Shown here: positions 11,201 through 24,200 of the stretch, one piece after another
Layout of the letters: every line of letters begins with the position of its first letter
Numbering within the stretch: the stretch's first letter is position 1
Assembly: GCA_051294375.1 (NCBI GenBank)
Contig: JBJCIZ010000631.1
Coordinates: 82,665 to 146,664, forward strand
Length of the DNA: 64,000 nucleotides
Source: Paraspadella gotoi
Taxonomy: Eukaryota > Animalia > Chaetognatha
Reading direction: 5' to 3'
Notes under the pieces: generated by a model
Told to the model about the DNA's origin: nothing
The model's database searches: none
What the model saw: only the letters and a program-made list of their open reading frames with translations
Made by a program: the position numbers and the translations under genes

Positions 11201-14200
11201 CCGGTGTATTTAACGTTTTTATCTTTTTTTACGTTGAAAGACTTTTTCTTTGTTTTTAAAGTTTTTACTCTTGGAAATGTCGTCTGCGTGTATTTAACGT
11301 TTTTATCCTTTTCATTAGAAAAGTGTTATCGGTGTTTTTTTATCTCTTTTTACATTGAAAAAATCGTTTGCCGGTTTTTTTAAGTTTTTTTTCTTTTTCA
11401 TATTGGAAAGAAGTTTGCTAAGGTTTTACGCTTTTATTCTTTTTACCATTGGAATCGTCGTCTGCCGGTGTATTTACGTTTTTATTCTTTTTACATTGGA
11501 AAAAGTCGTTTGTCGATGTTTTTAACCTTTTATCTCTTTCATATTGAAAAAGTTGTTTGCCAAAGTTTTTAAGGTTTTTATTCTTTTTACATTGAAAATA
11601 TCGTTTGCCGTGTTTTCATTTACATTGGAAAAGCGTTATTCTTTGTTTTAAGTTTTTATCTTTTTTTATATTGGAAAAGTCGTTTGCTGGTTTTTTAAAC
11701 CTTTTATCTCTTTTTACACCGGAAAGATCGTCTGCCGGTGATTAACGTTTTTTTCTCTTTTTACATTGGAAAAGTCGTTTGTCGGTGTTTTTAACGCATT
11801 TATTTCTTTTTACATTGGAAAAAATCGTTTCTGTTATTTTAAAGTTTTCATATGTTTTTACAGAGGAAAAGTCGTTTTCTGGTGTTTTTAACGTTTTTAT
11901 CTATTGAGAGTAAGAGAAAGCTACATAAAATTAAAAGAGAAAAAGAGAGAGAAGGAGACATAAAAATGAAGGAGAGGAAATTGTTGCTTTGATAAAACGT
12001 AACAAACATATTTAATAACTGTCCCTCACTAAATTTTAACCAACCTCGATGATGTTAATTTGCAGAAGTTTTTAACGTTTTTATTTCTTTTTTCTTTGAC
12101 ATTATCGTTTTCCGTTTTCTACGTTTTATCTCTTTTTACAATTGGAAAAAAGTGTTTTTCTTTGTTTTTCAAGTTTTTATCTCTTATTGAAGAAGTATTT
12201 TTCTGGTGTTTTTCAACCTTTTTTATCCTTTTTACATATGGAAAAAGCTTTGTCGGTGTTTTACTTTATCTCTTTTTCAATTGAAAAAGTTGTTTGCAAG
12301 TTTTTTAAGTTTTTATCTCTTTTTACATTGAAAGAGGAAAAAGTCGTTATCCCAGGTATTTTGTCTACGTTTACTTCTCTTTTACAGGAAAGAAAAGCGT
12401 TTGATTTTAACGTTAGCTTTTAGATGTGTTTACGAGTATCAACGTTTTATCTTCTTTTTTATATTAAAAAAGTCGTCTTCCATGCCCTTTAATTTAACGA
12501 TTTTCTATCTTCTTTTACGATTGGAAAAAGCGTTCTTCTCTTCAAATTTTATCTATCTTTGGAAATGTCTTTGCGCGGGTTATTTAACGTTTTTCATCTT
12601 TATTACATTAGAAAAGTCGTTTATCGTTTTTTTATTATCTCTTACTACATTGAAAAATCGTTTGCCGGTTTTTTTTAAAAGTTTTATTCTGTTTATATTG
12701 AAAAGAAGTTTGCTATGTTTTTCGTTTTACTCGTTTTTATTAAATTCGTCGGTGTATACGTTTTCTTTTACATTGGAAAACTCTTTTGTCGATTGGTTTT
12801 TAACTCTTTTTATCTCGTTTTATATTGAAAAAGTTGCTTTTGCCGAATTTCATAAGGTTTTTTTTAAGTTTATTTTTTTACATTGAAATATCGTTTGCAA
12901 GTGTTTTCTACGTTTTCTTTTTATTGGAAAAGCTCTGTTTAAGTTTTTTACTTCTTTTTATATTGGGAAAACCCTGCCGGTTTTTACGTAGCTTTACTGA
13001 AAGCTTTTGCTTGTTTTGTTTTATTCTAGAATTAGTCTGCCGTTGATTTAAGTCTATCCTTACATTTGAAAGTTCGTTATCTCTTGTTATCTGATACATA
13101 TGGAAAAATCGTCTGCACTGTTTTTAACGTTTTTATTCTTTTTTTACATTGGAAAAAAGCGTTTTTCTATGTTTTTAACGTTTTTTATCTTTTTAAGTAA
13201 ATGTCGTCTGCCCGGGTTAGTTACTTTAATAGAATTATCGGTTTTTTTATCTCTTCTTTACTTGGAAAATTTGCAGGATTTTTTAACCAATTTGTTATTT
13301 TCTTTTATATTGAAAGAAGTTTGTTTCGAGCTTTTTAGAGTTTTATTCTTTTTTTACATTGAAAATCGGTTCTCTGTGTATTTAAAGTTTTTATTCTTTT
13401 TACAGAGGAAAAGTCGTTTTCTGGTGTTTTTAACTCTTGTTTATTAGAGATATAGAAAGTTAAAAGTTTAAGAAAAAGAAGATAGTTTAAGGGTTATCAT
13501 AAAATAAATGAGGAAATTTGTTTGTCGGTTTTCTAACCGTAAAACTATTTAATCGTCTTACATTTTTAAAAACTCGATGATGTTATCTTTCGTTTTAATT
13601 TTATCTTTTTTTTAATTGGAATAGTTCGATTTGCCGGTGTTTTACATTTTTACTCTTTTTTACTTGCGGAAAGAAGCGTTTTTCTTTGTTTTTAAAGTTT
13701 TTATCCTTATTTGGAAGCGCTGCGGTATTAAGTTTACTTTTTACATTGAAGTCGTTTCAATCGGTTTTTCTATCTCTTTTATTAAATCTTTGCCGTTTTT
13801 AAGTTTACTTTATATTGAAAAGACAGTTTCGTAGTTATTTAACGTCTTTTACTCCTGCCTTTTCACATTGAAAGTGTTTGCTGTCGTGTTTTTACTTTTT
13901 ATCTCTTTTGTAATATTGAAAAAGGTTTTGTTTCCGGTTTTTAAGTTTTTTTTTTAATCTTTTTTTTTTCGAAAATATGTTTGTCAGTGTTTCTACGCTT
14001 TTTATTCTTTTAACATTGGAAAAATCGGTTTTTCTTTGTTTTTAAAGTTTTATATATCTTTTTAAAGAAAAGTTGTCTTTTATGTTTAACGTTTTTAGCC
14101 TTTTTTTTACATTAGGAAAAAGTCGTTTCTACGTGATTGTTATTTAAAGTTTTTATTTTTTAGCGAAAATCCGTCGTTAGCCAAGGTGTTTAAAGCTTTT

Positions 14201-17200
14201 TCTTCTTTACATTGAGAATCAAGTCGTGGTCCTGACGAGTGTTTAGTTTTTATTCTCTTTTACATTGAAAATCGTTCTGTCCGAGTTTTTTTTTAACGTT
14301 TTTATTTCTTTTTTATATGAAAAGAAGTTTGCCATATGTTTTTAAGTTTTTTATTCTCTTTTTACATTGAAATAGTCGTCTGCCCGGTGTATTCTAACGT
14401 TTTTATCTGCTTTTTAGCATTGAAACGCGTTTTGTCTGTGTTTTTAAAATTGTTTATTTCTTTTTATATTGGCAAAAATCCTTTTCGCGAAGTTTTTTAC
14501 GTATTATTTCTTTTTTTTACATTGAAAAATCGTTTTTTTGTTATTTTTAAAGTTTTCATTCGCTTTTTTACAGAGGAAAAGTCGTTTTCTGGTGTTTTTT
14601 AACGTTTTTTATCTATTGAGAGTAAGAGAAAGCTACATAAAATTAAAAGAGAAAAGAGCAGAGAGAAGAGACATAAAAATAAAAAGGAGGAAATTTGTTT
14701 GTTTGATAAAAACGTAAAAAAAAATATTTAATAATCTGTCCTCACCAACTTTTAACAACCTCGATGATGGTTATTTTGCAGACACCTTTTTAACGTTTTT
14801 TTATTTTTTTTTTTTTTGAAATTATCGTCTTTCCGGTGTTTTCTACATTTTATCTTCTTTTACATGTGGAAAAAGCGTTGTTTCTTTGTTAAAGTTTTAT
14901 CTCCTTATTGAAGAAGTATTTTTACTGATTGTTTTCAAACCTTTTTATCCTTTTGTTACCAATGGAAAAGACGTTCTTTCGGTTGTTTTTACGCTTTGTT
15001 ATCTCTTTTTCACATTGGCAAAAAAGTCGTTTGCCGGTGTTTTTTACGTTTTTATCTCTTTGTTTACATTAGAAAAGGTTTTCTTTTGTTTCTAAAAGTT
15101 TTATCTCTTTTTATATTGGAAAAGTCCAAGTCGTTTGTCGGTGTTTTTAACGCATTTATTTTTTTTAACATTGAAAAAAATCGTTTTCTGTTATTTTTAA
15201 CGTTTTGATATATTTTTACAAAAAAAAGTTGTTTTTTGATGTTTTTAACGTTTTTAGCTTTTTTTACATAGGAATAGTCGTTTGACGGGTTTTTCAACGG
15301 TTTTATTTTTTTTTATTGGAAAAGTCGTTTGCCAAAGTTTTAAACGCTTTTATCTCTTTTTACATTGGAATCGTCGTCTGCCGGTGTATTTAACGTTTTT
15401 ATTTCTTTTTACATTTGAAAAGTCGTTTGTCGATGTTTTTTAACCTTTTTATTTCTTTTTATAATGAAAAAGTTGTTTGCCGAAGTTTTTAAGGTTTTTA
15501 TTTCTTTTTACATTGAAAATATCGTTTGCCGGTGTTTTCTACGTTTTTATCTCTTTTTACATTGGAAAAAGCGTTTTTCTTTGTTTTTAAAGTTTTTATC
15601 TCTTTTTATATTGGAAAAATCGTTTTTCGGTGTTTTTTTAACGTATTTATTTCTTTTTACATTGGAAAAAATCGTTTTCTGTTATTTTTAAAGTTTTCAT
15701 GTCTTTTTACAGAGGAAAAGTCGTTTTCGGGTGTTTTTAACGTTTTTATTTATTGAGAGTAAGAGAAAGCTACATAAAATTAAAAGAGAAAAGAGAGAGA
15801 GAAGGAGACATAAAAATAAAAGAGAGGAAATTTGTTTGTTTTGATAAAACGTAAAAAAAACATATTTAATAACTGTCCTCACCCAATTTTAACAACCTCG
15901 ATGATGTTATTTGCAGAATTTTTTAACGTTTTTATTTTTTTTTTTTTTTTTTTTGAAATTATCGTTTTCCGGTGTTTTCTACGTTTTATCTCTTTTTACA
16001 TTGGAAAAAGCGTTTTTCTTTGTTTTTAAAGTTTTTATCTCCTTATTGAAGAAGTATTTTACTGATGTTTTCAACCTTTTTATCCTTTTTTACAATGGAA
16101 AAGACGTCATTCGGTGTTTTTAACGTTTTTATCTCTTTTCACATTGGAAAAGTCGTTTGCCGGTGTTTTTTACGTTTTTATCTCTTTTTACATTAGAAAA
16201 AGCGTTTTTCTTTGTTTCTAAAGTTTTTATCTCTTTTTATATTGGAAAAGTCGTTTTCCAGTGTGTTTTATACGTTTTATCTCTTTTTACATTGGAAAAG
16301 TCTTTTGTCGATGTTTCTTACAACCGTTTTTTATCTTCGTTTTATATTAAAAAAGTTGTTTGCCGAAGTTTTTAAGTTTTTATTTCTTCTTTACATTGAA
16401 AATATCGTTTGCCAGGGTTTTCTACGTTTTTATCTCTTTTTCAATTGGAAAAAGCGTTTTTCTTTGTTTTAAGTTTTATCTTCTTTTTATATTGGAAAAG
16501 TCGTCTGCGGTGTATTTAACGTTTTTATCTTTTTTTTACTTGATAAAGCGTTTCTTCTTTGTGTTTTTAAAGCTTTTTATCCTCTTTTAGAAATGTCGTC
16601 TGCCGGTGTATTTAACGTTTTTATCACTTTTTACTTTAGAAAAGTCGTTTATCGGTGTTTTTTATCTCTTTTTACATTGGAAAAATCGTTTTTCCGTTTT
16701 TTAAAGTTTTTATTTCTTTTTAATATTGGAAAGAAATTTGCTAGTGTCTTTTAACGTTTTTATCTCTTTTTACATTGGAATCGTCGTCTACCGGTGTATT
16801 TAACGTTTTGTCGATGTTTTTACCTTTTTATCTCTTTTTATATTGAAAAAGTTGTTTGCCGATGTTTTTAAGGTTTTTATTTCATTTTACATTGAAAATA
16901 TCGTTTGCCGGTGTTTTCTACGTTTTTATCTCTTTTTACATTGAAAAAAGCGTTTTTCTTTGTTTCTAAAGTTTTTATCTCTTTTTATATTGGAAAAGTC
17001 GTTTGTCGGTGTTTTTAACGCATTTATTTCTATTTACATTGGAAAAAATCGTTTTCTGTTATTTTTAAAGTTTTTTTTATCTTTTTACAGAGGAAAAGTC
17101 GTTTTCGGGTGATTTTAACGTTTTTATCTATTGAGAGTGTGAGAAAGCTACATAAAATTAAAAGAGAAAAGAGAGAGAGAAGGAGACATAAAAATAAAAT

Positions 17201-20200
17201 AGAGGAAATATGTTAACTTTGATAAAACGTAACAAAACATATTTAATAACTGTCCTCACTAAATTTTAACAACCTCGATGATGTTATTTGCAGAAGTTTT
17301 TAACGTTTTTATTTCTTTTTTCTTTGAAATTATCGTTTTCTACGTTTTATCTCTTTTTACATTGGAAAAAGTGTTTTTCTTTGTTTTTAAAGTTTTTATC
17401 TCCTTATTGAAGAAGTATTTTTCTGGTGTTTTCAACCTTTTTATCCTTTTTTACAATGGAAAAGACCTTTTCTGGTGTTTTTAACGTTTTTAGCTTTTTT
17501 CACATTGGAAAAGTTGTTTTCTGGTGTTTTTAACGGTTTTAGCTTTTTTTACATAGGAAAAGGAAAAGGAAAAGGAAAAGTCGTTATTCCATATTTTTAA
17601 CGTTTTTTTCTCTTTTTACAAAAGAAAAGTCGTTTTTTGATGTTTTTAACGTTTTTAGCTTTTTTTACATAGGAATAGTCGTTTGACGAGTTTATCAACG
17701 GTTTTATTTCTTTTTTTTATTAAAAAAGTCGTTTGCCAATGTTTTTAACGTTTTTATCTTTTTTTACATTTGAAAAAGCGTTTTTCTTTGTTTTTAAATT
17801 TTTTATCTCTGGAAAAGTCGTTTGCTGGTGTTTTTAACGTTATTATCTCTTTTTACTTTAGAAAAGTCGTTTATCGGTTTTTTTTATCTCTTTTTACATT
17901 GGAAAAATCGTTTGCCGGTTTTTTTAAAGTTTTTATTTCTTTTTATATTGGAAAAGAAGTTTGCTAGTGTTTTTAACGTTTTTATCTCTTTTTACATTGG
18001 AAATGTCGTCTGCCGGTGTATTTAACGTTTTTATCTCTTTTTACATTGGAAAAGTGGTTTGTCGATGCTTTTAACTTTTTTTCTCTTTTTAAATTGAAAA
18101 AGTTGTTTGCCGAAGTTTTTAAGGTTTTTATTTCTTTTTACATTAAAAATATCGTTTGCCGTTGTTTTCTACGTTTTTATTTCTTTTTACATTTAAAAAA
18201 GCGTTTTTCTTAGTTTCTAAAGTTTTTATCTCTTTTCATATTGGAAAAGTTGTTTGTCGGTGTTTTTAACGCAATTATTTTTTTTTACATTGGAAAAAAT
18301 CGTTTTTCGTTATTTTTAAAGTTTTTATATCTTTTTACAGAGGAAAAGTCGTTTTCTGGTGTTTTTAACGTATTTATCTATTGAGAGTGAGAGAAAGCTG
18401 CATAAAATTAAAAGAGAAAAGAGAGAGAGAAGGAGACATAAAAATAAAAAAGAGGAAATTTGTTTGTTTTGATAAAACGTAAAAAAAACATATTTAATAA
18501 CTGTCCTCACCCAATTTTAACAAACTCGATGATGTTATTTGAAGAAGTTTTTTAGGTTTTTTATTTTTTTTTCTTTGAAATTATCGTTTTCCGGTGTTTT
18601 CTACGTTTTATCTCTTTTTACATTGGAAAAGCGTTTTTCTTTCTTTTTAAAGTTTTTATCTCCTTATTGAAGAAGTTGTTTTCTGGTGTTTTAAACCTTT
18701 TTATCCTTTTTTACAATGGAAAAGACGTTTTTCGGTGTTTTTAACGTTTTTATCTCTTTTAACATTTGAAAAGTCGTTTTCTTGTGTTTTGAACGTTTTT
18801 AGCTCTTTTTACATAGGAAAAAGAAAAGTAAAAGTCTTTTTTCGGTGTTTTAAAGTTCTTTGTTTTTAAAGTTTTTATCTCTTTGGAAAAGTCGTTTGCT
18901 GGTGTTTTTAACGTTTTTATCTCTTTTTACATAGGAAATGTCGTTTGACTGTGTATTTAACGTTTTTAATTCTTTTTACATTAGAAAAGTCGTTTATCGG
19001 TGTTTTTTATCTCTTTTTACATTATAAAATTCGTTTGCCTTGTTTTTTTAAAGTTTTTATCTCTTTTTATATTGGAAAAGAAGTTTGCTAGTGTTTTTAA
19101 CGTTTTTATCTTTTTTTACATTGGAAATGTCGTCTGCCGGCGTATTTAACGTTTTTATCTCTTTTTACATTGGAAAAGTCGTTTGTCGTTTGTCGATGTT
19201 TTTAAGGTTTTTATTTCTCTTTACATTGAAAATATCGTTTGCCGGTGTTTTCTACGTTTTTATCTCTTTTTACATTGGAAAAAGCGTTTTTCTTTGTTTC
19301 TATTTTTATATTGGAAAAGTCGTTTGTCGGTGTTTTTAACGCATTTTTTTTTTACATTGGAAAAAATCTTTTTCTGTTATTTTTAACGTTTTCATATCTT
19401 TTTACAATGGAAAAGACGTTTTTCGGTGTTTTTAACGTTTTTATTTCTTTTGACATTGGAAAAGTCGTTTTTTAGTGTTTTTTAACGTTTTAAGCTTTTT
19501 TTACATAGTAACAAGAAAAGGAAGTCTTTTTTCGGTGTTTTTAACGTTTTCATCTCTTTTTACAAAAGAAAAGTCGTTTTTTGATGTTTTTAACGTTTTT
19601 AGTTTTTTTTACATAGGAATAGTCGTTTGACGGGTTTTTCAACGGTTTTATTTCTTTTTTTATTGGAAAAGTCGTTTGCCAAAGTTTTTAACGTTTTTAT
19701 CTCTTTTTACATTGGAAAAAGCGTTTTTCTTTGTTTTTAAAGTTTTTATCCATTTGGAAAAGTCGTTTGCTGGTTTTTTAACGTTTTTATCTTTTTACAT
19801 AGGAAATGTCGTCTGTCGGTGTATTTAACGTTTTTATCACTTTTTACATTAGAAAAGTCGTTTATCGGTGTTTTTTATCTCTTTTTATATTGGAAAAGAA
19901 GTTTGCTAGTGTTTTTAACGTTTTTATCTCTTTTTACATAGGAAATGTCGTCTGCCGGTGTATTTCATAGAAATAAACTTTTGACGAGTTTTTCAACGGT
20001 TTTATTTCTTTTTTTATTGGAAAAGTCGTTTGCCAAAGTTTTCAACGTTTTTAATTCCTATTACATTGGAAAATTGCTTTTTCGGTGTTTTTAACGTTTT
20101 TATTTCTTTCTATATTGAAAAAAGCGTTTTTCTTTGTTTTTAAAGTTTTTATGTTTTTGGAAAAGTCGTTTGTTGGTGTTTTTAACGTTTTTATTTCTTT

Positions 20201-20566
20201 TTACATAGGAAATGTCGTCTGCCGGTGTATTTAACGTTTTTATCGTTTTTTACATTGGAAAAGCGTTTATCGGTGTTTTTTATCTCTTTTTACATTGGTT
20301 TTTTAAAAAATATAATCTCTTTTTATATTGGAGAAGAAGTTTGCTAGTGTATATAACGTTTTTATCTCTTATTACATTGGAAAAGTTGTTTGTCGATGTT
20401 TTTAACCTTTTTATCTCTTTTTACATTGAAAAAAGCGTTTATCGGTGTTTTTTATCTCTTTTTACATTGGAAAAAAAGTTTGCCGGTTTTTTAAAAGTTT
20501 TTATCTCTTTTTATATAGGAAAAGAAGTTTGCTAGTGTTTTTAACATTTTTATCTCTTTTTACTCT
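8259..20566 (+). repeat. Satellite array 1a: ~49-bp monomer with interspersed ~160-bp spacer
   Basis: The monomer is approximately aacgtttttatctctttttacattggaaa(t/a)gtcgt(c/t)tgccggtgt(a/t)ttt. The spacer gagagtgagagaaagctacat...ctgtcctcacccaattttaacaacctcgatgatgttatttgcag occurs at ~8772, 9272, 9630, 10102, 11905, 13445, 14617, 15753, 17132 and 18382. Confidence 0.95.
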
Positions 20567-21156
20567 ACAGCGTCTGTTCAGCTTCTTTCTCTCTCTCTCT
20601 CTCTCTCTCTGTCTTTCTGTCTCTCTCTCTGTACGATCGTTCGTTTTTTGAAAAATTCTTATTATTTCTTTCCTTCTAAAAACTTTTATTATCGCCATTT
20701 ATTTTTTTTCTCAATACAAAATCCCAAATTTACATCCGACATTTTCGTGCATTCATTTTAGAAAAAGGGAAGAATAACTTATAAATATAATGCAGGCAAT
20801 TTCACATGTACATCAACTTGTGTGACAGGTAGGTGATACCTGCTATATATCCGGCAATTGCGCGGATTAATATAAATAATATATAATATAAAAAATATAA
20901 CAATCTAAAATTTCATTCAAAAATAATTTTTTTAAGATGAGAAAATAGCAGATTTGAAAACGAAAGTTTTAGTATTTTTTACAACGATTTTGTTTACAAT
21001 CGTTGTAAAAAATACTAAAACTTTCGTTTTCGAATCTGCTATCTTACTGAACAACGAAAAGAGAGAAAAATTACATAAGATGAGGAAATAAAATTTATTT
21101 GAATAAGTAAAAAAACTATTTGGAAGTCAAAAATATCATAGTCGTTAACTGATTAT
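20567..21156 (+). repeat. Dispersed CT-rich repeat module (TE-derived)
   Basis: cagcgtctgttcagcttctttctctc...aaaacttttattatcgccattt...caaatttacatccga...gcaggcaat(t/g)tcacatgtacatcaacttgtgtgacagg recurs at ~42005-42297 and ~50107-50180. Its later part recurs at 50625-50750. Confidence 0.85.
20945..21042. repeat. ~98-bp hairpin with ~45-bp arms
   Basis: atagcagatttgaaaacgaaagttttagtattttttacaacgatt / aatcgttgtaaaaaatactaaaactttcgttttcgaatctgctat, with one mismatch and an 8-nt loop. Confidence 0.92.
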
Positions 21157-21256
21157 NNNNNNNNNNNNNNNNNNNNNNNNNNNNNNNNNNNNNNNNNNNN
21201 NNNNNNNNNNNNNNNNNNNNNNNNNNNNNNNNNNNNNNNNNNNNNNNNNNNNNNNN
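21157..21256. other. Assembly gap (100 N)
   Basis: N run. Confidence 1.
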
Positions 21257-24200
21257 GAGAAAAGAGAGAGAGAAGGAACATAAAAATAAAAAGAGAGGAA
21301 ATTTTGTTTGTTTGATAATAAAAAAAAACATATTTAATAACTGTCCTCACCCAATTTTAACAACCTCGATGATGTTATTTGCAGAAAGTTTTTAACGTTT
21401 TTTATTTCTTTTTTCTTTGAAATTATCGTTTTCTGGTGTTTTCGACGTTTTATCTATTTTTACATTGGAAAAAGCGTTTTTCTTTGTTTTTAACGTTTTT
21501 ATCTCCTTATTTAAGAAGTTGTTTCCTGGTGCTTTCAACCTTTTTATCCTTTTTTACAATGGAAAAGACGTTTTTCGGTGTTTTTAACGTTTTCATCTCT
21601 TTTCACATTGGAAAAGTCGTTTTCTGGTGTTTTTAACGTTTTTAGCTCTTTTTACATAGAAAAAAGAAAAGGAAAAGTCGTTTTTCGGTGTTTTTAACGT
21701 TTTCTTCTCTTTTTACAAAAGAAAAGTCGTTTTTTAATGTTTTTAACTTTTTTAGTTTTTTTTGCATAGGAATAGTCGTTTGACGAGTTTTCCAACGGTT
21801 TTATTTCTTTTTTATTGGAAAAGTCGTTTGCCAAAGTTTTTAACGTTTTTATCTCTTTTTACATTGGAAAAAGCGTTTTTCTTTGTTTTTAAAGTCTTTA
21901 TCTCTTTGGAAAAGTCGTTTGCTGGTGTTTTTAACGTTATTATTTCTTTTTACATTAGAAAAGTCGTTTATCGGTTTTTTTTGTCTCTTTTTACATTGGA
22001 AAAATCGTTTGCTGGTTTTTTTTAAGTTTTTATTTTTTTTTATATTGGAAAAAAGTTTGCTAATGTTTTTAACGTTTTTATCCCTTTTTACATTGGAAAT
22101 GTCGTCTGCCGGTGTATTTAACGTTTTTATCTCTTTTTACATTGGAAAAAGCGTTTTTCTTTGTTTTTAAAGTTTTTATCTTTTTGGAACTGTCGTCTGC
22201 CGGTGTATTTAACGTTTTTATCAGTTTTTACATTGGAAATGTCGTCTGCCAGTGTATTTAACGTTTTTAGCTTATTTTACATTGGAAAAGTCGTTTGTCG
22301 ATGTTTTTAAACTGTTTATCTCTTTTTATATTGAAAAAGTGGTTTGCCGAAGTTTTTAAGGTTTTGATTTATTATTACTTTGAAAATATCGTTTGCCGGT
22401 GTTTTCTACGTTTCTCTTTGTTTCTAAAGTTTTTATCTCTTTTTATATTGGAAAAGTCGTTTGTCGTTGTTTTTAACGCATTTATTTCTTTTTACATTGG
22501 AAAAAATCGTTTTCTGTTATTTTTAAAGTTTTCATATCTTTTTATAGAGGAAAAGTCGTTTTCTGGTGTTTTTAACGTTTTTATCTATTGAGAGTGAGAG
22601 AAAGCTACATAAAATTAAAAGAGAAAAGAGAGAGAGAAGGAGACATAAAAATAAAAGCGAGGAAATTTGTTTGTTTTGATAAAACGTAAATAAAACATTT
22701 AATAACTGTTCTCACCCAATTTTAACAACCTCGATGATGTTATTTGCAGGAGTTTTGAACGTTTTTATTTCTTTTTTCTTTGAAATTTTCATTTTCCGGT
22801 GTTTTCTACGTTTTTTTTTGTTTTTAAAGTTTTTATCTCCTTATTGAAGAAGTTGTTTTTTGGTGTTTTCAACCTTTTTATCCTTTTTTACAATGGAAAA
22901 GACGTTCTTCGGTGTTTTTAACGTTTTCATCTCTTTTCACATTGGAAAAGTCGTTTTTTGATGTTTTTAACGTTTTCAGCTTTTTTTACATAGGGTTTTT
23001 CAACGGTTTTATTTATTTTTTTATTGAAAAAGTCGTTTGCCAAAGTTTTTAACGCTCTTATCTCTTTTTACATTGGAAAAAGCGTTTTTCTTTGTTTTTT
23101 AAGTTTTTATCTCTTTGGAAAGGTCGTTTGCTGGTGTTTTTAACGTTATTATCTCTTTTTACATTAGAAAAGTCGTTTATCGCTTTTTTTTATCTCTTTT
23201 TACATTGGATAATCGTTTGCCGGTTTTTTTAAAGTTTTTATTTCTTTTTATATTGGAAAAGAAGTTTGCTAGTGTTTTTAACATTTTTATCTCTTTTTAC
23301 ATTGGAAATGTCGTCTGCCGGTGTGTTTAACGTTTTTATCTCTTTTTACATTGGAAAAAGCGTTTGTCGATGTTTTTAAAGTTTTTATCTCTTTGGAAAT
23401 GTCGTCTGCCGGTGTATTTAACGTTTTTTTCACTTTTTACATTAGAAAAGTCGTTTATCGGTGTTTTTTATCTCTTTTTACATTGGAAAAGTCGTTTTCT
23501 GGTGTATTTAACGTTTATATCTATTGAGAGTGAGTGAAAGCCACATAAAATTAAAAGAGAAAAGAGAGAGAGAAGGAGACATAAAAATAAAAGAGAGGAA
23601 ATTTGTTTGTTTTGATAAAACGTAAAAAAAAAATATTTAATAACTGTCCTCACCCAATTTTAACAACCTCGATGATGTTATTTGCAGAAGTTTTTAATGT
23701 TTTTATTTCTTTTTTTTTTTTAATTATCGTTTTCCGGTGTTTTCTACGTTTTATCTCTTTTGAGAAAAGAGAGAGAGAAGGAACATAAAAATAAAAGAGA
23801 GGAAATTTGTTTGTTTTGATAAATATAAAAAGATATTTAAATTACTGTCCTCACCCAATTTTAACAACGCTCGATGATGTTATTTGCAGAGTTTTTAAGT
23901 TTTTTATTTCTTTTTTTCTTTGAAATTATCGTTTTCGTGTGTTTCTACGTTTTATCTCTTTTTACATTGGAAAAAGCGTTTTTCTTTGTTTTTACGTTTT
24001 TATCTACTGTATTGAAGAAGTGTTTGGTGTTTTCAACCTTTTTTATCCTTTTTTTACAATGGAAAAGACGTTTTTCGGTGTTTTTAACCGTTTTCATCTC
24101 TTTTCACATTGGAAACGTCGTTTTCTGGATGTTTTTAACAGTTTTTTAGCTCATTTTACATAGGAAAAGGAAAATGAAAAGTCGTTTTTTGATGTTTTTA

